A DNA stretch of 63,762 nt, the filler included, from Octopus bimaculoides (Eukaryota), in the NCBI RefSeq assembly GCF_001194135.2. It is 6 parts of 6 records of this genome, joined end to end, with 100 filler letters (N's around TTAATTAATTAA, not from the genome) between each part and the next. Parts side by side here need not be neighbours in the genome. Positions count along the whole stretch, not along the records: positions 15,320 to 34,656 come from NC_068983.1; positions 34,757 to 46,298 come from NW_026394128.1; 4 more parts are not named here. The stretch is one strand, 5' to 3'. Shown in pieces: positions 24,719 to 38,793 of this stretch (the stretch's first letter is position 1; each line of letters opens with the position of its first letter). The notes under the pieces were generated by a model, which saw nothing but the letters and a program-made list of their open reading frames with translations, was not told the DNA's origin and made no database searches. The position numbers and the translations under genes were made by a program.

Positions 24719-25663
24719 CGCAAGGTGTTCCCCAAAATGCATACTGGAAGTTTGATCGCGCAATCGAAGTGAGAGGACAGTTTAGGAGAAAGTTTCCAGC
24801 AGACCCATCTACGAGAAATACCATCACTCGAATTCAGGATAAGTTCCAAGTAGATGAAACCGTTCAGAATGCCCACAAGTTGAGTTTGAAAGACAGTGGA
24901 CATCAATGATCGCCACAACGCAAAACATGCACTAGAGTTCTGTATATTGCCAGAACTTAAGGAAATATGTAGCAAGCGGGTCGTGATATTATAAGTGTTT
25001 TAAAATCAAGTGATCATCACATTTTCAAGCTTTGTCATTGGAATTTGTACATTGCAAAAATAGCCTCTACTCTCAGTGAAAATGATCTGGATCGAAGAGT
25101 GGTATTTTGGGAGTGGTACTTGGCCAAGATGCAAAAGCAAAATAAACACTTTCCAACAGATAGTCTTTTGGAGTGGACACATTTATATTAAATAGCTTAG
25201 TTAATCGCCACAGTTGCACCTATTGGAAACCTGAGAATCCGCATATTACGGAGGAATATCATGTTAATTTATCGGGAGTTACAATATAGCGTGGATTCTC
25301 ATCAAAAGGATTAGGCGAGTCATTCGTTTTAGACAGTCACTGTTCCTATTTACTTGAACTTGCAGCAGCAATCTGTCATGCTAAGCTTCTCAGAGGACTT
25401 TGAAGATATGAAGTTTTATCTCCGGCAAAAGGGGTACCTTCACACTACAATAGTAATGTAAAGGGCTACACCAATGAGATCTTGTTCTAGACGAGGGAAG
25501 TTCAGTAGAATGATTCGTGTCTTCAGCAGTTTGAAATCAGGCGTTTATAAAAAAAATTAAATCCTGTCTGTAATGTCGATTAAATTTTGAAAATAAAATG
25601 TATTTTAATAAACAATGGTCTTATAATCATCCAATGCGTGTATACGGTTTTTAGGATACCCTG
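24716..25663 (+). mobile_element. Decayed Tc1/mariner-superfamily transposon
   Basis: Fragments [62 protein letters not shown]. Right terminus GGATACCCTG plus TA. 5' end lost in a microsatellite. Confidence 0.7.
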
Positions 25664-25699
25664 TACATGTATATATATATATATATATANNNNNNNNNN

Positions 25700-26262
25700 G
25701 ATTTCTTGCCAATAGAGAAAGAGTCGGTTTCTAACCTAGATTCAAAGCTCCTTCATCTGAATTTCAACATTAACAACAGGGTATTTTTGTATGAATGTAT
25801 GTATATATGTATGTGTGCACATTTGTATGTTTTGCATATAGTTGCATATCTAGACATGCACATGTATATATGAATGAAAAACTTCTGGAAAGTTTTACAA
25901 ATTTTTACAGCTCCAGTGATGGATTGGATCTGTACTTTTCAAATTAGCTTTCTCCTTTCTGGTTTTGAGAAGCGTGATTTCTCATGATTGGCATTTAGGC
26001 AGTGAGTTACATATCCCAGTACCGCAATAATTACAGGTATAAAACCTGAACTTGTAATCTGGATAGAGTAACTGTAGATTTTTCAATAGTTCAGCATAGG
26101 TGTTCTCTTTTTCACTGATCTTCAGCTTTATGTTAACATCCGCTGGGCAGCTAATTTCCACAACTGTGCAGAGTTTGTCTTCTCTATACCAAATAATTAT
26201 ATCAGGTCTGTTGTGCTTACATTTTATTGAAATCTTCACTGGTAATCCTTTTTATTATGAGT
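25700..26262 (-). mobile_element. 3' end of an RLE-type non-LTR retrotransposon
   Basis: KHNRPDIIIW...VVEISCPADVNIKLKISEKENTYAELL: PD-(D/E)xK restriction-like endonuclease motif, followed by 3' UTR. Confidence 0.8.
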
Positions 26263-29257
26263 GGCTATGGGTTCTTATTTCTTTGTCCTTGGGATTATAT
26301 TTCTGATGGATTTCTTTATGGAGTGTCCTAGCTACATCATATGTATGTATGTATGTGCGCGCGCGCGCGCGTTTGTCTGTCTGTCTATCCATTTGTAAAT
26401 GCATACATATACATAATCGTGTATTATCATACACAGATATATACATATATGAATATTAATATACATGTTTGTGCGTGTGTATGTGATAACAAGTTTATGT
26501 TTATCTAAATATGCATCATCTAATTGTTTATACTCTATAGATCAATTTCTGAATTGATTAATATCATATAAATATTTTTCATAAAAATAACATAACAAAA
26601 GCAATATAAATTTGTTAAAAAACGCAATAGAAAATAATATGACTAAAGCAGGTGTTGATACTAAAAACGCCAATATTTTAACTTTTGATAGCAATTTTGT
26701 GATGTCGCAACGTATGTAAATTAATTTTTATTTTGCTGTTTCGCATTTTATAATTTTGTCATATGGCTTAATAGTATTATATAACACTTTTCCTTATATA
26801 TAACATTAGTCATTATACGTGGCAGTCTAAGAAAGATAGTAAATGAGTCTATCTAATTGGTAACGAGGACGAAACGTTTGCGAGTCTGTTTCAGTTCTGG
26901 GTTTCAAACTGTTGCATATAATATCTAATAATTATATTTATATTTTAACAGTTATTTTACTGTTAATTAATCGGCGGAGAAGGAGCGGAACCACTTGCAA
27001 GGACCACTTGCAAACATGATGAGGTTGATGTAGTTAATACTTATCTTGAGTATGCGCAAGTTAATACCTTTAGAAAGTAATAGGGCTGTCAGTGGGTGAT
27101 AGTTTTGGAGAGTGATTGGTGAAATGAGGTAGAGGGTAAGATGAGCTGAGAAAACGAGTTGTTTTTGTTGATGTTTATTCCTTGGTCAACTTTGAAGGGA
27201 ACTACGCGAAGAACATCAGTTTTGAAGGGCTATTATATATTTAAAGATTATGTAATCTAGTTTTTTCTTGTTTAAGAGATTATAATATAATTTAACGTAA
27301 ATGTGGTCCCTATAACTTAGTAGATCGAGCATCTAACTGAAAAATCATTTAGTTGGAAGAGAAATGGATGTGTGCATTAAATGATTCGGAAAGGAGAGGA
27401 TATACAGCTTGTTTGTTCAAAGGAGAAGGAGGGTTTTTAAAGCAGCCATAAACCAGAGAAGAAAGAGTAAATATGTGAAACACTAAATGTAGTATACTTT
27501 TGAGGAGTGAGCATTTGCCAATCAGTCCAACGGTATTCCTGTATCATTGCTTCACACCAGCTCTGGCTTTAGAAAAAATATTACTCAAAAAGTAGACACA
27601 CGTAGACAAAAACCTCCTCTTTTCATTCCAAAACATTGAAATACGTATCTGATGATTAATGGTATATTGATTTCTAAATTGTGCCATAATGCTACAGATT
27701 TTGAGAGTGGAGAATAATCAATTAAATCACTACAGTTTTTTATTGCTGCATATAGTTTTCACGACCACGGAACATTAAAAGGAGGCAAAAGATCCAAATC
27801 TCAGGGAAGTAGGAACGTAAACCGACCTAACTAAATCCTGCAGATTGATTTGTCCATGGACGTAGTGACACTGGCAACCATTGACTTTTGGATGATTATT
27901 GTGCTTATTCTCGACATTTAGAATGAAGCCACGTATTTAAAATAGAAGTGCAAAATTTATTGTATCATCTTCAATGTACAGTTTGAAGTCATTCCATAGT
28001 CGGCTCTGTAGATCTGAAAGACACTTATTCTATGATTTTTCACTCATTTGTCTGGTGAATCAATTGAATTACTTATTGTATCTTCATACTTATTGAACTC
28101 TGATCTATTACGTCTATATATTACCATATTAAAGTCCTTTTGGCATGAAGCAGTTTTAACATTCTATGAATATTATTCACATATTCGTTCAGTCACCTAT
28201 TCACTTATTTCTTATTGATTGATTGATTATGACATATCCTGTAACTCATGTCAATAGATATTAATAATAATTCTTTTACGTCATAGAAAGAAACGATTGT
28301 TAGGTTACTTATCAACCAAATCAGTGAATGTGAGTTATGAATATACATAAGTGATATTTCTTTTTGAAGTGGCTATATTCCGCCATTATCTACTTAGATT
28401 TTAGAGACAACGATGTAGCCTCTATCCAGTCGCTCGCTCTGTTAGGAATAACATAAATTTCTCATATAATACTACCGTCTTAAATGATGACGGACAAATT
28501 AGCATGGCTACGTCTGCAACGTTCTGATTAAATGTGAGCTTGATTTCATGATAAGGATTGACTTAGACCAAGCAACAACTTCGTCATTAATTTCGTCTGC
28601 TTAATTACTTAGGGCAATATATTAATATTAATGTTTTAACATAAATTCATCGAACGTGACACCAGCAATGATTTTTAACTGTATTTTAAAAAAAGGTTTA
28701 AGCACCAAAATAGTGTAAATACACCAATATATCAAAAATAGTGTAAATACATCAATATATTTATCAAGAGATCAGGAAAAACGCAACCATTATATATTTG
28801 TGAATATACCCACGTGTACAGCCGTATATCTATATAGATTTAGACATGTGTGTATTTATGCATGTTTATACGGTTTTAATTATAACATGGCTGCCATACG
28901 TTATGTATGTTCACACAAACACACACACATGCATACGTGCGTGTGTGTGTATGTATGTATGTGTGTGTGTTTGTGTGTGTGTATGTGTGTGTGAGAGAGA
29001 GAGAGTGTGTGTGTGTGTGTGTGTATTCATATACTTCAGACTGGCTGATTCGACATCGTTTCGCAAGTGAGAATAGGACGTGATATTGACCAACCACAAA
29101 ACCGGCGAAATGCTCATCTGTCGCTCACGTGATCATTTCTGGAACGATTTAGTTTTGCGTAGCTTTGAAGTATATTGTGGTGTTTTCAACACAATATACC
29201 TATAAAGAGATTTTTTGTCCGGAAACACACACACATATACAGTATATATATATGTAC

Positions 29258-29295
<38 letters not shown>

Positions 29296-31275
29296 NNNNN
29301 NNNNNNNNNNNNNNNNNNNNNNNNNNNNNNNNNNNNNNNNNNNNNNNNNNNNNNNNNNNNNNNNNNNNNNNNNNNNNNNNNNNNNNNNNNNNNNNNNNNN
29401 NNNNNNNNNNNNNNNNNNNNNNNNNNNNNNNNNNNNNNNNNNNNNNNNNNNNNNNNNNNNNNNNNNNNNNNNNNNNNNNNNNNNNNNNNNNNNNNNNNNN
29501 NNNNNNNNNNNNNNNNNNNNNNNNNNNNNNNNNNNNNNNNNNNNNNNNNNNNNNNNNNNNNNNNNNNNNNNNNNNNNNNNNNNNNNNNNNNNNNNNNNNN
29601 NNNNNNNNNNNNNNNNNNNNNNNNNNNNNNNNNNNNNNNNNNNNNNNNNNNNNNNNNNNNNNNNNNNNNNNNNNNNNNNNNNNNNNNNNNNNNNNNNNNN
29701 NNNNNNNNNNNNNNNNNNNNNNNNNNNNNNNNNNNNNNNNNNNNNNNNNNNNNNNNNNNNNNNNNNNNNNNNNNNNNNNNNNNNNNNNNCTTTATATTAT
29801 ACTCATTTATTGTGCTTTTAATTATTAATTTTTCTATATGTGATAGTGGATTTTCATCGATGAGTTCTTGAAAATTGGTTATTTTCCCTAAAACTATATA
29901 TTTTATATATACTTTATCTATAAGACTCAATTTAATTTTAATTTTTTATAAATTGATTTTAATTGAGTCTTTTACCTGTAATTTTGGATTTTGTCCCTAA
30001 TATTATTATTATATATATATATATTGATACAAAAGGTAAGACAGCAAAAGAAAGAAAGAGACCTCGATATTATGTAAATAGAATTTCATACACATACATG
30101 CATAAACATGAACAATTTTAACGCAATACCAAGGACTGAACAGATTCAATACAGCAGTATGTGACAAAGGTCGATCATTCAATTACAAGTACGTATCACG
30201 AGTAGGTATCGCTCAAGTAATTTTTAGACAATTTGAATCAAAAAGCTTGTGTGCACTCAAGGCTATGTTAAAGACCAAAAATCTACAGTGTGAAACTGAA
30301 TCCGAGACCTTATGATTGGGAAGCGTGCTTCGCAAATGCTTTCCCGTAGACAGACATACCATTATATATATATATATAGATATAATTATAAAGATTATTG
30401 ATAGAATTAGGTACTTAAAAGAGTGTGCACCACGTACGGCAGGATAAACCTGTGGTCACCTCTCATGGTCGATTAAATATCCATGTGGATATTCTGGTTG
30501 TGCACACAGAGAAAAACCACCTTACGAGTATTAAGCGCCATGGGGCTGGTCCAAAGTACACGTTGTGTTGATCACACGTTTGGTGTATTCCAGAGTGTCC
30601 GATGTGTCGCAAATCTCTTATGGTGTACTATAAGCAAATGAATAATTACAAATGATGGATAAATGTCAGTGCATTACAGCTGTTTATTACGCTTTTTTAA
30701 ATCTAAGAATGAGTAGATTACATTACTTCAAAAAACCGTTATCATCAAATGAAACATAATTTAAAATCAATAGGATATCACAAGAACACAGCGAGAACAT
30801 GCCGGAAACCAGCCGAAGCTGAGCACGAAATGGGAGAAAAAATCCAACAAAAAATGGCTGTTATATGCATTAGGGGGTAAGGTGAGAAGAGATATGATAT
30901 TTATAGTCAATGTCCAAGGGTAGAAGATTTGAATTGGAGTCAGTTACACTGGTTTATTTCAGAGAATGGAAAAGTTGTTTAGGCAACTATAGTGTAGTTT
31001 GTTATCCTAGGATTAGAGACGTGGGTAGCAGGGAATGAATCGAAGAAAGAAAAGACAAATAAATAAATATACATGTGTGTATTAATCTTCAGATTACTCT
31101 GATCACTCGTTTCATGAACCATCGCTTTTTACCCAATGAACGTGGATTTCCGGATCACAGATCAACTGACTAGCAACATAACATAATCTCACCATCATAA
31201 TAAAAAATTACGCATTGAGTGCCTGCACATTGAGTGCTTGTTGTCATATATGTATGCAGACATGAAAATATTTAC

Positions 31276-31276
<1 letters not shown>

Positions 31277-31335
<59 letters not shown>

Positions 31336-31395
31336 GTCTGTCTGTCTGTCTGTCTGTCTGTTTCTCTCTCTGTCTCACACACACACACACACATA
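31277..31395. repeat. Compound microsatellite (TCTA)n(TCTG)n(TC)n(AC)n
   Basis: Direct reading. Confidence 0.95.
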
Positions 31396-31447
31396 TATAA
31401 ATGCATATGGATATGTATATGAATATATATATATGCATATGTATGTA

Positions 31448-31494
<47 letters not shown>

Positions 31495-31509
31495 NNNNNN
31501 NNNNATGTA

Positions 31510-31550
<41 letters not shown>

Positions 31551-32320
31551 CTTTATACGTTTATGCACTTATGTTAAAAATATATTACCATTATTTTTTT
31601 AGGTGACACAAAGTTCTGAGAGAAAGCTAACAGTTGTCCAGACCAAGCCGAAATCTTTTGATGAGTGATGCTGGCAGTTGTTGAAACTTGTTGTTTTTTC
31701 CCCCCTTTCCAATAATAAAATACTGTTGGCACCACAAAATGGTATCTAACTCTGTGAACCTATTAGTATTGTATATCTCATGCAAGACTATATACGAATA
31801 AGAATATGTACATATTTAAGTATTGCCGACTCGTTGTATGCGGCTACGAATATGTGTGTTTATGGATGTAACGTACTTTGCGTGTATTAGCGTGCATATG
31901 CATGTGTGAATGTCTGTGTACATAGTCAGTGCGTGTTTGTATGTATGTGTATGCGTGTGGAGCGGTTCTTTTTAAATAACTGTCAATGTCCATGTCTTAT
32001 TCTGTATGTTCAGTACATAATTACACACACACGCGTTCGCGCGCGCTTGCACACACTGCTATTATGTTTCTATGTGCTAATATTGTTTCTTTCTTTATGT
32101 ATTTTTTAAATGAGAATTAAGACATGGTGGATATATGGTAGAATGTACGCATGTAACCTTAGACTACTACAATTGATACAATATTAACTCTTTATACATA
32201 CACACACACTCACACCACATACACACACTCACACCACATACACACACTCACACCACATACACACACTCACATACACATATATACATACATATATATTTCC
32301 ACACACACACATATACACGC

Positions 32321-32365
<45 letters not shown>

Positions 32366-32863
32366 TGTGTGTGTATTCTGCCTGTTTAAGTATGTGACGA
32401 CATTTGCGATAGCATTAACATTTAGCCTGTGCTTAAGTGTAATTGTGTCTATCTTTGATATTGTTCAGTTCTTTAGTCGGTTAAAGCAGCCATGTTTTGT
32501 ACCCAGGCTGTAGCACCTTTCATAAATGTAGCATAAAAGGAAGTGTTCGTCTTAAGTGTTCATGCCAGAGGAAAGTACTGAAGTGAAGTTGAAGCATTTC
32601 CAAAGGGCATTCTGCTAATACATTGAAGTATTTTCGCCAGTAGCTTACCTGCTAGTCCTAGAGTGTTATCGCGTGCTTATGTGTATGTGCGCGCACCCCC
32701 GTATGTGTGTGCTTGCGTGTAAGCGTGTGTATGTGTATTGCTCTAATGAGTGAATATTCCTGTACGAGGATATGTGTTTGTAGACATGTTTATGCACCGG
32801 AATTATATTTATGTTTATGAAGAGTGCATTGAATTGATCTGTATCTGTTTATTTCGCTATCTA

Positions 32864-33079
32864 CGAGGAGGTACTGAAAAGTTCCTGGCTTTGGGTAAAA
32901 GAAAATACAGGAGATTCAGCTAATTATGGTTTAATTCAACATAATTCCCTCTCAGATTCACACTCTTATTGCAGCAGTATTTCAGTTTTTCTTAGCCCTT
33001 TAAAAGAACTCGGAAATTTGGGTCACCAACCAGGCATTTTACGATATCTTTAAAGCCAGGAACTTTTCAGCACCCCTCA
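32864..33079. mobile_element. Tc1/mariner-type MITE, 216 bp
   Basis: TIR of about 29 bp, CGAGGAGGTACTGAAAAGTTCCTGGCTTT / AAAGCCAGGAACTTTTCAGCACCCCTCA, with TA on both sides. Confidence 0.85.
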
Positions 33080-33136
33080 TATTCCCATTAATTCGTGTAC
33101 CAGTCGGTATATATATATATATATATATATATACGT

Positions 33137-34040
33137 ATCATAAATATATAGGGATTGACAGTAACCTGCTTCTCCAACATACTGAGAATTCAGAAATAGC
33201 AGTCAAAGAACTACTGATTTCAAAACTACAAATCATTACTCTAGATTGATAGCGATATTNNNNNNNNNNNNNNNNNNNNNNNNNNNNNNNNNNNNNNNNN
33301 NNNNNNNNNNNNNNNNNNNNNNNNNNNNNNNNNNNNNNNNNNNNNNNNNNNNNNNNNNNNNNNNNNNNNNNNNNNNNNNNNNNNNNNNNNNNNNNNNNNN
33401 NNNNNNNNNNNNNNNNNNNNNNNNNNNNNNNNNNNNNNNNNNNNNNNNNNNNNNNNNNNNNNNNNNNNNNNNNNNNNNNNNNNNNNNNNNNNNNNNNNNN
33501 NNNNNNNNNNNNNNNNNNNNNNNNNNNNNNNNNNNNNNNNNNNNNNNNNNNNNNNNNNNNNNNNNNNNNNNNNNNNNNNNNNNNNNNNNNNNNNNNNNNN
33601 NNNNNNNNNNNNNNNNNNNNNNNNNNNNNNNNNNNNNNNNNNNNNNNNNNNNNNNNNNNNNNNNNNNNNNNNNNNNNNNNNNNNNNNNNNNNNNNNNNNA
33701 GCTGAAGATCAGAATAGAGGATTCTTTATTCTTTACTGTGAAACGATCGTACTAAATTAACTAAAGGCAGGTGGTTTTTTTACTCTTCTCTACTGTTTTT
33801 TGTTCTGTGTGTATCAAAAATATCGCTATCAATCTAGAGTAATAATTTGTAGTTTTGAAATCAGTAGTTCTTTGACTGCTATTTCTGAATTCTCAGTATG
33901 TTGGAGAAGCAGGTTACTGTCAATCCCTATATATTTATGATTATAAATGATTTTTACCGAAAAGGTTTTTTTCATATTGAGGTACCCGGCAAAATTGTTA
34001 ATTATTAATTTTATTACTAATTGACGATTCCCTGCCCTGC
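33137..34040. mobile_element. Young Penelope-type insertion: partial inverted pLTR, gap, hammerhead-bearing pLTR
   Basis: 33137-33259 and 33819-33941 are reverse complements with 1 mismatch in 123 bp. The right copy begins with a hammerhead. A 440-N gap lies between them. Confidence 0.55.
33700..33758 (+). ncRNA. Minimal type-I hammerhead ribozyme motif with intact core (5' stem I mostly in gap)
   Basis: [N]AG-CTGAAGA-TCAGAATAGAGGATTCTTTATTCTTTACTGT-GAAAC-GATC-GTA-CTAAATT: canonical core, bulged stem II with T.T first pair, palindromic stem III ACGATCGT, GUA triplet. Confidence 0.7.
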
Positions 34041-34497
34041 ATATCTATATATATATATACGTATATATAAATGCGTTTGCACATATATGATTACGTAAGC
34101 GTCATTACTTCGTATATCTACACCAGATAACTTTTATGTTATTCTGTAGACGTTAATCTAAAACTCAGCGTCAGAACTACCTTCATTTCCAGAAATGATT
34201 TAGATATCATGTAAGATCTAATTACAGGTATGTACTATCCTTTTTGAAATCCAAATGAATAATTACTATGTATATTAACAGAAATTAACCATCAACCTAC
34301 AATCCTATAAAAATGGAACCAATAACTTAACAGGAGAATATATTATATACCATTAGGTATAACTTAATAGTACTATACTGAAAAAATTATAAGTACAAGA
34401 TATAATATATGTATATATATTGTTAAAGGCGACAACAGACGTTAAGGCAAGGCAAACGTCTCAAATCATATTATTATTATTGGGGAAAAAATTCAAA

Positions 34498-34553
34498 GTC
34501 TTACGGCTGTTTCTGGGGTAGCCCAGAGTATTGGATATTCCGTCATGGCAGAC
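34498..34553 (-). ncRNA. Degenerate hammerhead motif, same family as 18586
   Basis: Minus: GTCT-GCCATGA-...-GAAAC-AGCC-GTA-AGAC; core decayed. Confidence 0.45.
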
Positions 34554-34756
34554 AAATAGGGAAAATGAGAGGGATATAGATTAATGAAATGACGACATAG
34601 AGGACAGGAGTAAAGAAAAATATAAAGGAAGAGAAGAAACAAGAGGCGTAAAAGTTNNNNNNNNNNNNNNNNNNNNNNNNNNNNNNNNNNNNNNNNNNNN
34701 TTAATTAATTAANNNNNNNNNNNNNNNNNNNNNNNNNNNNNNNNNNNNNNNNNNNN

Positions 34757-34788
<32 letters not shown>

Positions 34789-34811
34789 TCATATTTATAT
34801 ATGCATACGCA

Positions 34812-34981
34812 TAGCGCCGGATTTAGGACAAATGAGGCTCTGTGCTAGTTAAGTTATGAGGCCCCGTACTTGGACAGGGCCACGTCATGAGGCCCCGTTG
34901 ATCAGGAGCCCCTTTCAGGGTCTTTGGTTAATGGGGCCCTTTGCTTAAGCACGCTTAATCACAATGGTAAGTATGTCACTG
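34812..34981. mobile_element. Possible old hAT-type MITE
   Basis: Degenerate TIR TAGCGCCGGATTTA / TAAGTATGTCACTG; flanks CATACGCA / CATACATA (6 of 8). Confidence 0.4.
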
Positions 34982-36100
34982 CATACATACAAACACACAT
35001 ACAGTCTCACACATTATATATATATATAAGAAGCCAATGAAAGAGTTAAACACATCTTCACATTTACAAATGGTTTCTGCACCTGCAGAATTTCGAACTT
35101 CTTTCTGACTTTGCACTTACATTCACATATATATATGTAGAAATATATATATACACATACACCCACATATTTACATACTCATCCACACACATATACATAC
35201 ATTTGCAATGGCGTTTGTCGCCCGTTGTAGACGGCCTGGGTATCTGTAACCAGAAAGTTTCTCTCCAAGACGTGCCTATAGTTAATAAGTTATCTCTCTC
35301 TTTCTCTCTCTCTCACTCTTTCACACACACTTTCTCCCCGCCCCACCCATGCATCTGCGCGCGCGTAGGACAACCTATATGTCCACCCCATTCTGCATGG
35401 CCCCTGACATTTTCCAAGGAACAGACATGACCGAAGCTCGTACCGTTGCCGTGAGAGAGCAGAGAACCAGATTGTATGGAATCTATCTATCCCACATTGT
35501 ATGGAATCCATCAATTCGCCATCCTTGAATGGTATTTCCAAGACCCCGATATAGTAACAGGAGAAGTTGGCCTCAGTAGGAATCGAACTCAGAGAGCAGA
35601 GCATAAAAACAAATAAACCCTAATGACCCCAATGACTCGCCATGAAACAAAATACTCTGATTCCTATTTTCTAAACATAAAAGATTAAAAATACAATAGA
35701 GTTTGTAAAGCATTCCAAGGGTTCTCCATTCGAGGTTCTTCGGCAGAATGCATACATACGTACAGTCACATGTACATATACAATACAAAAACAGAAATAC
35801 ACATACACTTGTGACATATGCACCTTCAACACGAGTACAAGTTTCTCCACACATGCACATGCATAACATATACAGATATACATATGCCACATCAGCCAAT
35901 TCAGATAACCACAAAGTCCAAGAGTTAGCTTAGTCACTTATTAAGTGACTAGCTTGCATTCTGCAAAGAAACAAACTCCATGCTTTCATACAAACATACA
36001 AGCAAACATACTGTGTATACTCTTACTCTCTCTTTTACTTGTTTCAGTCATTTGACTGTGGCGATGCTGGAGCACCGCCTTTAGTCGGGAATACGGAAAG

Positions 36101-36137
36101 TCTTTAACGTTTCGAGCTACGCTCTTCAACAGAAAGA
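36101..36137 (-). ncRNA. Compact hammerhead-like motif with variant core
   Basis: Minus: TCTTT-CTGTTGA-A-GAGC gta GCTC-GAAAC-GTT-AAAGA; perfect stems I and II, palindromic stem III ACGT, A6 changed to U. Confidence 0.55.
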
Positions 36138-37084
36138 ATACGGAGAAAACAAGGAGAAAAACACGGAGAAAAAAATTGAATGTTGTTTGGTCAACGGTCT
36201 ATCATAGCTTCTGCTATATATATATATATATATATATNNNNNNNNNNNNNNNNNNNNNNNNNNNNNNNNNNNNNNNNNNNNNNNNNNNNNNNNNNNNNNN
36301 NNNNNNNNNNNNNNNNNNNNNNNNNNNNNNNNNNNNNNNNNNNNNNNNNNNNNNNNNNNNNNNNNNNNNNNNNNNNNNNNNNNNNNNNNNNNNNNNNNNN
36401 NNNNNNNNNNNNNNNNNNNNNNNNNNNNNNNNNNNNNNNNNNNNNNNNNNNNNNNNNNNNNNNNNNNNNNNNNNNNNNNNNNNNNNNNNNNNNNNNNNNN
36501 NNNNNNNNNNNNNNNNNNNNNNNNNNNNNNNNNNNNNNNNNNNNNNNNNNNNNNNNNNNNNNNNNNNNNNNNNNNNNNNNNNNNNNNNNNNNNNNNNNNN
36601 NNNNNNNNNNNNNNNNNNNNNNNNNNNNNNNNNNNNNNNNNNNNNNNNNNNNNNNNNNNNNNNNNNNNNNNNNNNNNNNNNNNNNNNNNNNNNNNNNNNN
36701 NNNNNNNNNNNNNNNNNNNNNNNNNNNNNNNNNNNNNNNNNNNNNNNNNNNNNNNNNNNNNNNNNNNNNNNNNNNNNNNNNNNNNNNNNNNNNNNNNNNN
36801 NNNNNNNNNNNNNNNNNNNNNNNNNNNNNNNNNNNNNNNNNNNNNNNNNNNNNNNNNNNNNNNNNNNNNNNNNNNNNNNNNNNNNNNNNNNNNNNNNNNN
36901 NNNNNNNNNNNNNNNNNNNNNNNNNNNNNNNNNNNNNNNNNNNNNNNNNNNNNNNNNNNNNNNNNNNNNNNNNNGAGAGAAAGTTAGTTACATACATACA
37001 TACATTCCGAGAGGGCCTAAGAGTGATTGATAAACAAGTAGCTAATTATTCTCAAAATTACTAGCCAAGCACCAAAATCTGGAA

Positions 37085-37290
37085 TCGTACGAGGTCGACT
37101 TTTGCCTTTCATCCTTTTGGGAGTGGGGTCGATAAATTAAGTAGTATTCAAGGACTGGTGTCGACGTAATCGACAAGACCCACCACCTCCAACCCACACA
37201 CAAAATTTCAGGCTATGTGTCTATAGTAGAGAAGACTATTATTATTATCATTATTATTATTATTATTATTTATTATTGTTATTATTGGAA
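37085..37290 (+). mobile_element. SINE family A 3' part with (ATT)n tail
   Basis: GAGGTCGACTTTTGCCTTTCATCC...GGGGTCGATAAATTAAGTA...ATAGTAGAGAAGAC then ATT repeats. Confidence 0.8.
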
Positions 37291-37529
37291 AAAGGCACCT
37301 GCCCCAAAAGTCAAGGTACCCATGGTTTTTTATGGGGTTTTTCAATGGGCAGCCTCGAATGTCTCCTCCCAATTGAGAATTATACATTGATTTCTTTCTT
37401 TCTCCCTTTTTTTTTTATATAATTTTGTTAGTTTGTTTACACGCAAAACCCTCACAACAACACACACTCACACGCATATGCTGTCCGTAAGGTTTTTCTA
37501 AATGTAAACCCAAGTGGTTAATAGAGAAA

Positions 37530-37560
<31 letters not shown>

Positions 37561-37839
37561 CATCATTATCATCATTATTATTGTTGTCATCTGGTAGAAT
37601 TGATAAAGTACCGAACAAAACTACCTTGCAGCGTTTGTAGTGGATCATGACGTTCTCAGTTCGAATCACAAGCGAGATTAACTTAGCTTTCCATCATATA
37701 TCCGCGTTCGATAAAATAAAGCACAAGTGGAAATATTGAACACACACCCCTCCCTCTGAAAATCTCTGTCCCCGAGCCAGAAAGTTAGAAACAATTATTA
37801 TTATCATTATTAACACTAACCCTTGTGGTTAATAAAGAA

Positions 37840-37876
<37 letters not shown>

Positions 37877-38667
37877 TACAAAAGAGATTTATGAGATTAT
37901 TGTTTAATTACATAACACCCACTCTTCACCGTTTTCCGTTGTAAAATTCTTAACAGAACCTCATAACATATCTTGGTCACAGTCTACATACACAACAACA
38001 AACATGGAAATAATACCGAGAAACAACAAAACAAACAGCGCAGCAAAGAAAAGAAAGCGAAAGAAAAAAAAAAGAAAAAAGAATACTATTTCTCCAGCCT
38101 TAAGTAATCTGCTTCTTAGAGCCCAGGGTCACGAAGGTACGCTTAGTGGTACTGTAGAAAGTCGTATGAAACTTGAAAACATGATTATGATATTGATAAT
38201 AGTAATAAATAATAATTAATCACAATAACAATAAGAACAACATTAGCTACGGCCAGTGATGGAAAAAGAAAGGTGTCGGAGATGAAGAGATTAGGTTAAC
38301 TTACTTCAGCTATGTCTAGGAAGTAAAGCTCGTTGTTAAGTTGTACAGCATCTCTCGCCAGGTGAAACGTAATGAAACAGACAAGGGCTGTCATTTACGT
38401 CTAATAAACAGAAAGAGAGAGAGAGAAAGAGAAAGAGAGGGGGAGGAGGAAGTGAGCTGCGATAGTACTCGTTATTAAGATCCCCACCGGAGTGTAGGCG
38501 CATGTCGTGTGTGTGTGTGTGTGTGCTCGCGCGCTTTATTAGCTGACGTCTTGTCGATTCTTTTTAGCTTCCCACCCACCGCCTATATTAATCAATGTGC
38601 GTTTGGCTTGCGTGAATATAATCACTGACAATTTGACGGACTTGTAACAATACAAAGGAAAAGGAGG

Positions 38668-38793
<126 letters not shown>

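Noticed and set aside
26960-27200. Minus-strand frame LSKGINLRILKISINYINL resembling bHLH helix 2
   Set aside because: Wrong spacing, no basic region or helix 1, upstream stop, no splice support.
28707-28760. Tandem duplication of about 28 bp (and 8-bp TGTACATT repeats at 47425-47490)
   Set aside because: Ordinary local slippage duplications with no further structure.
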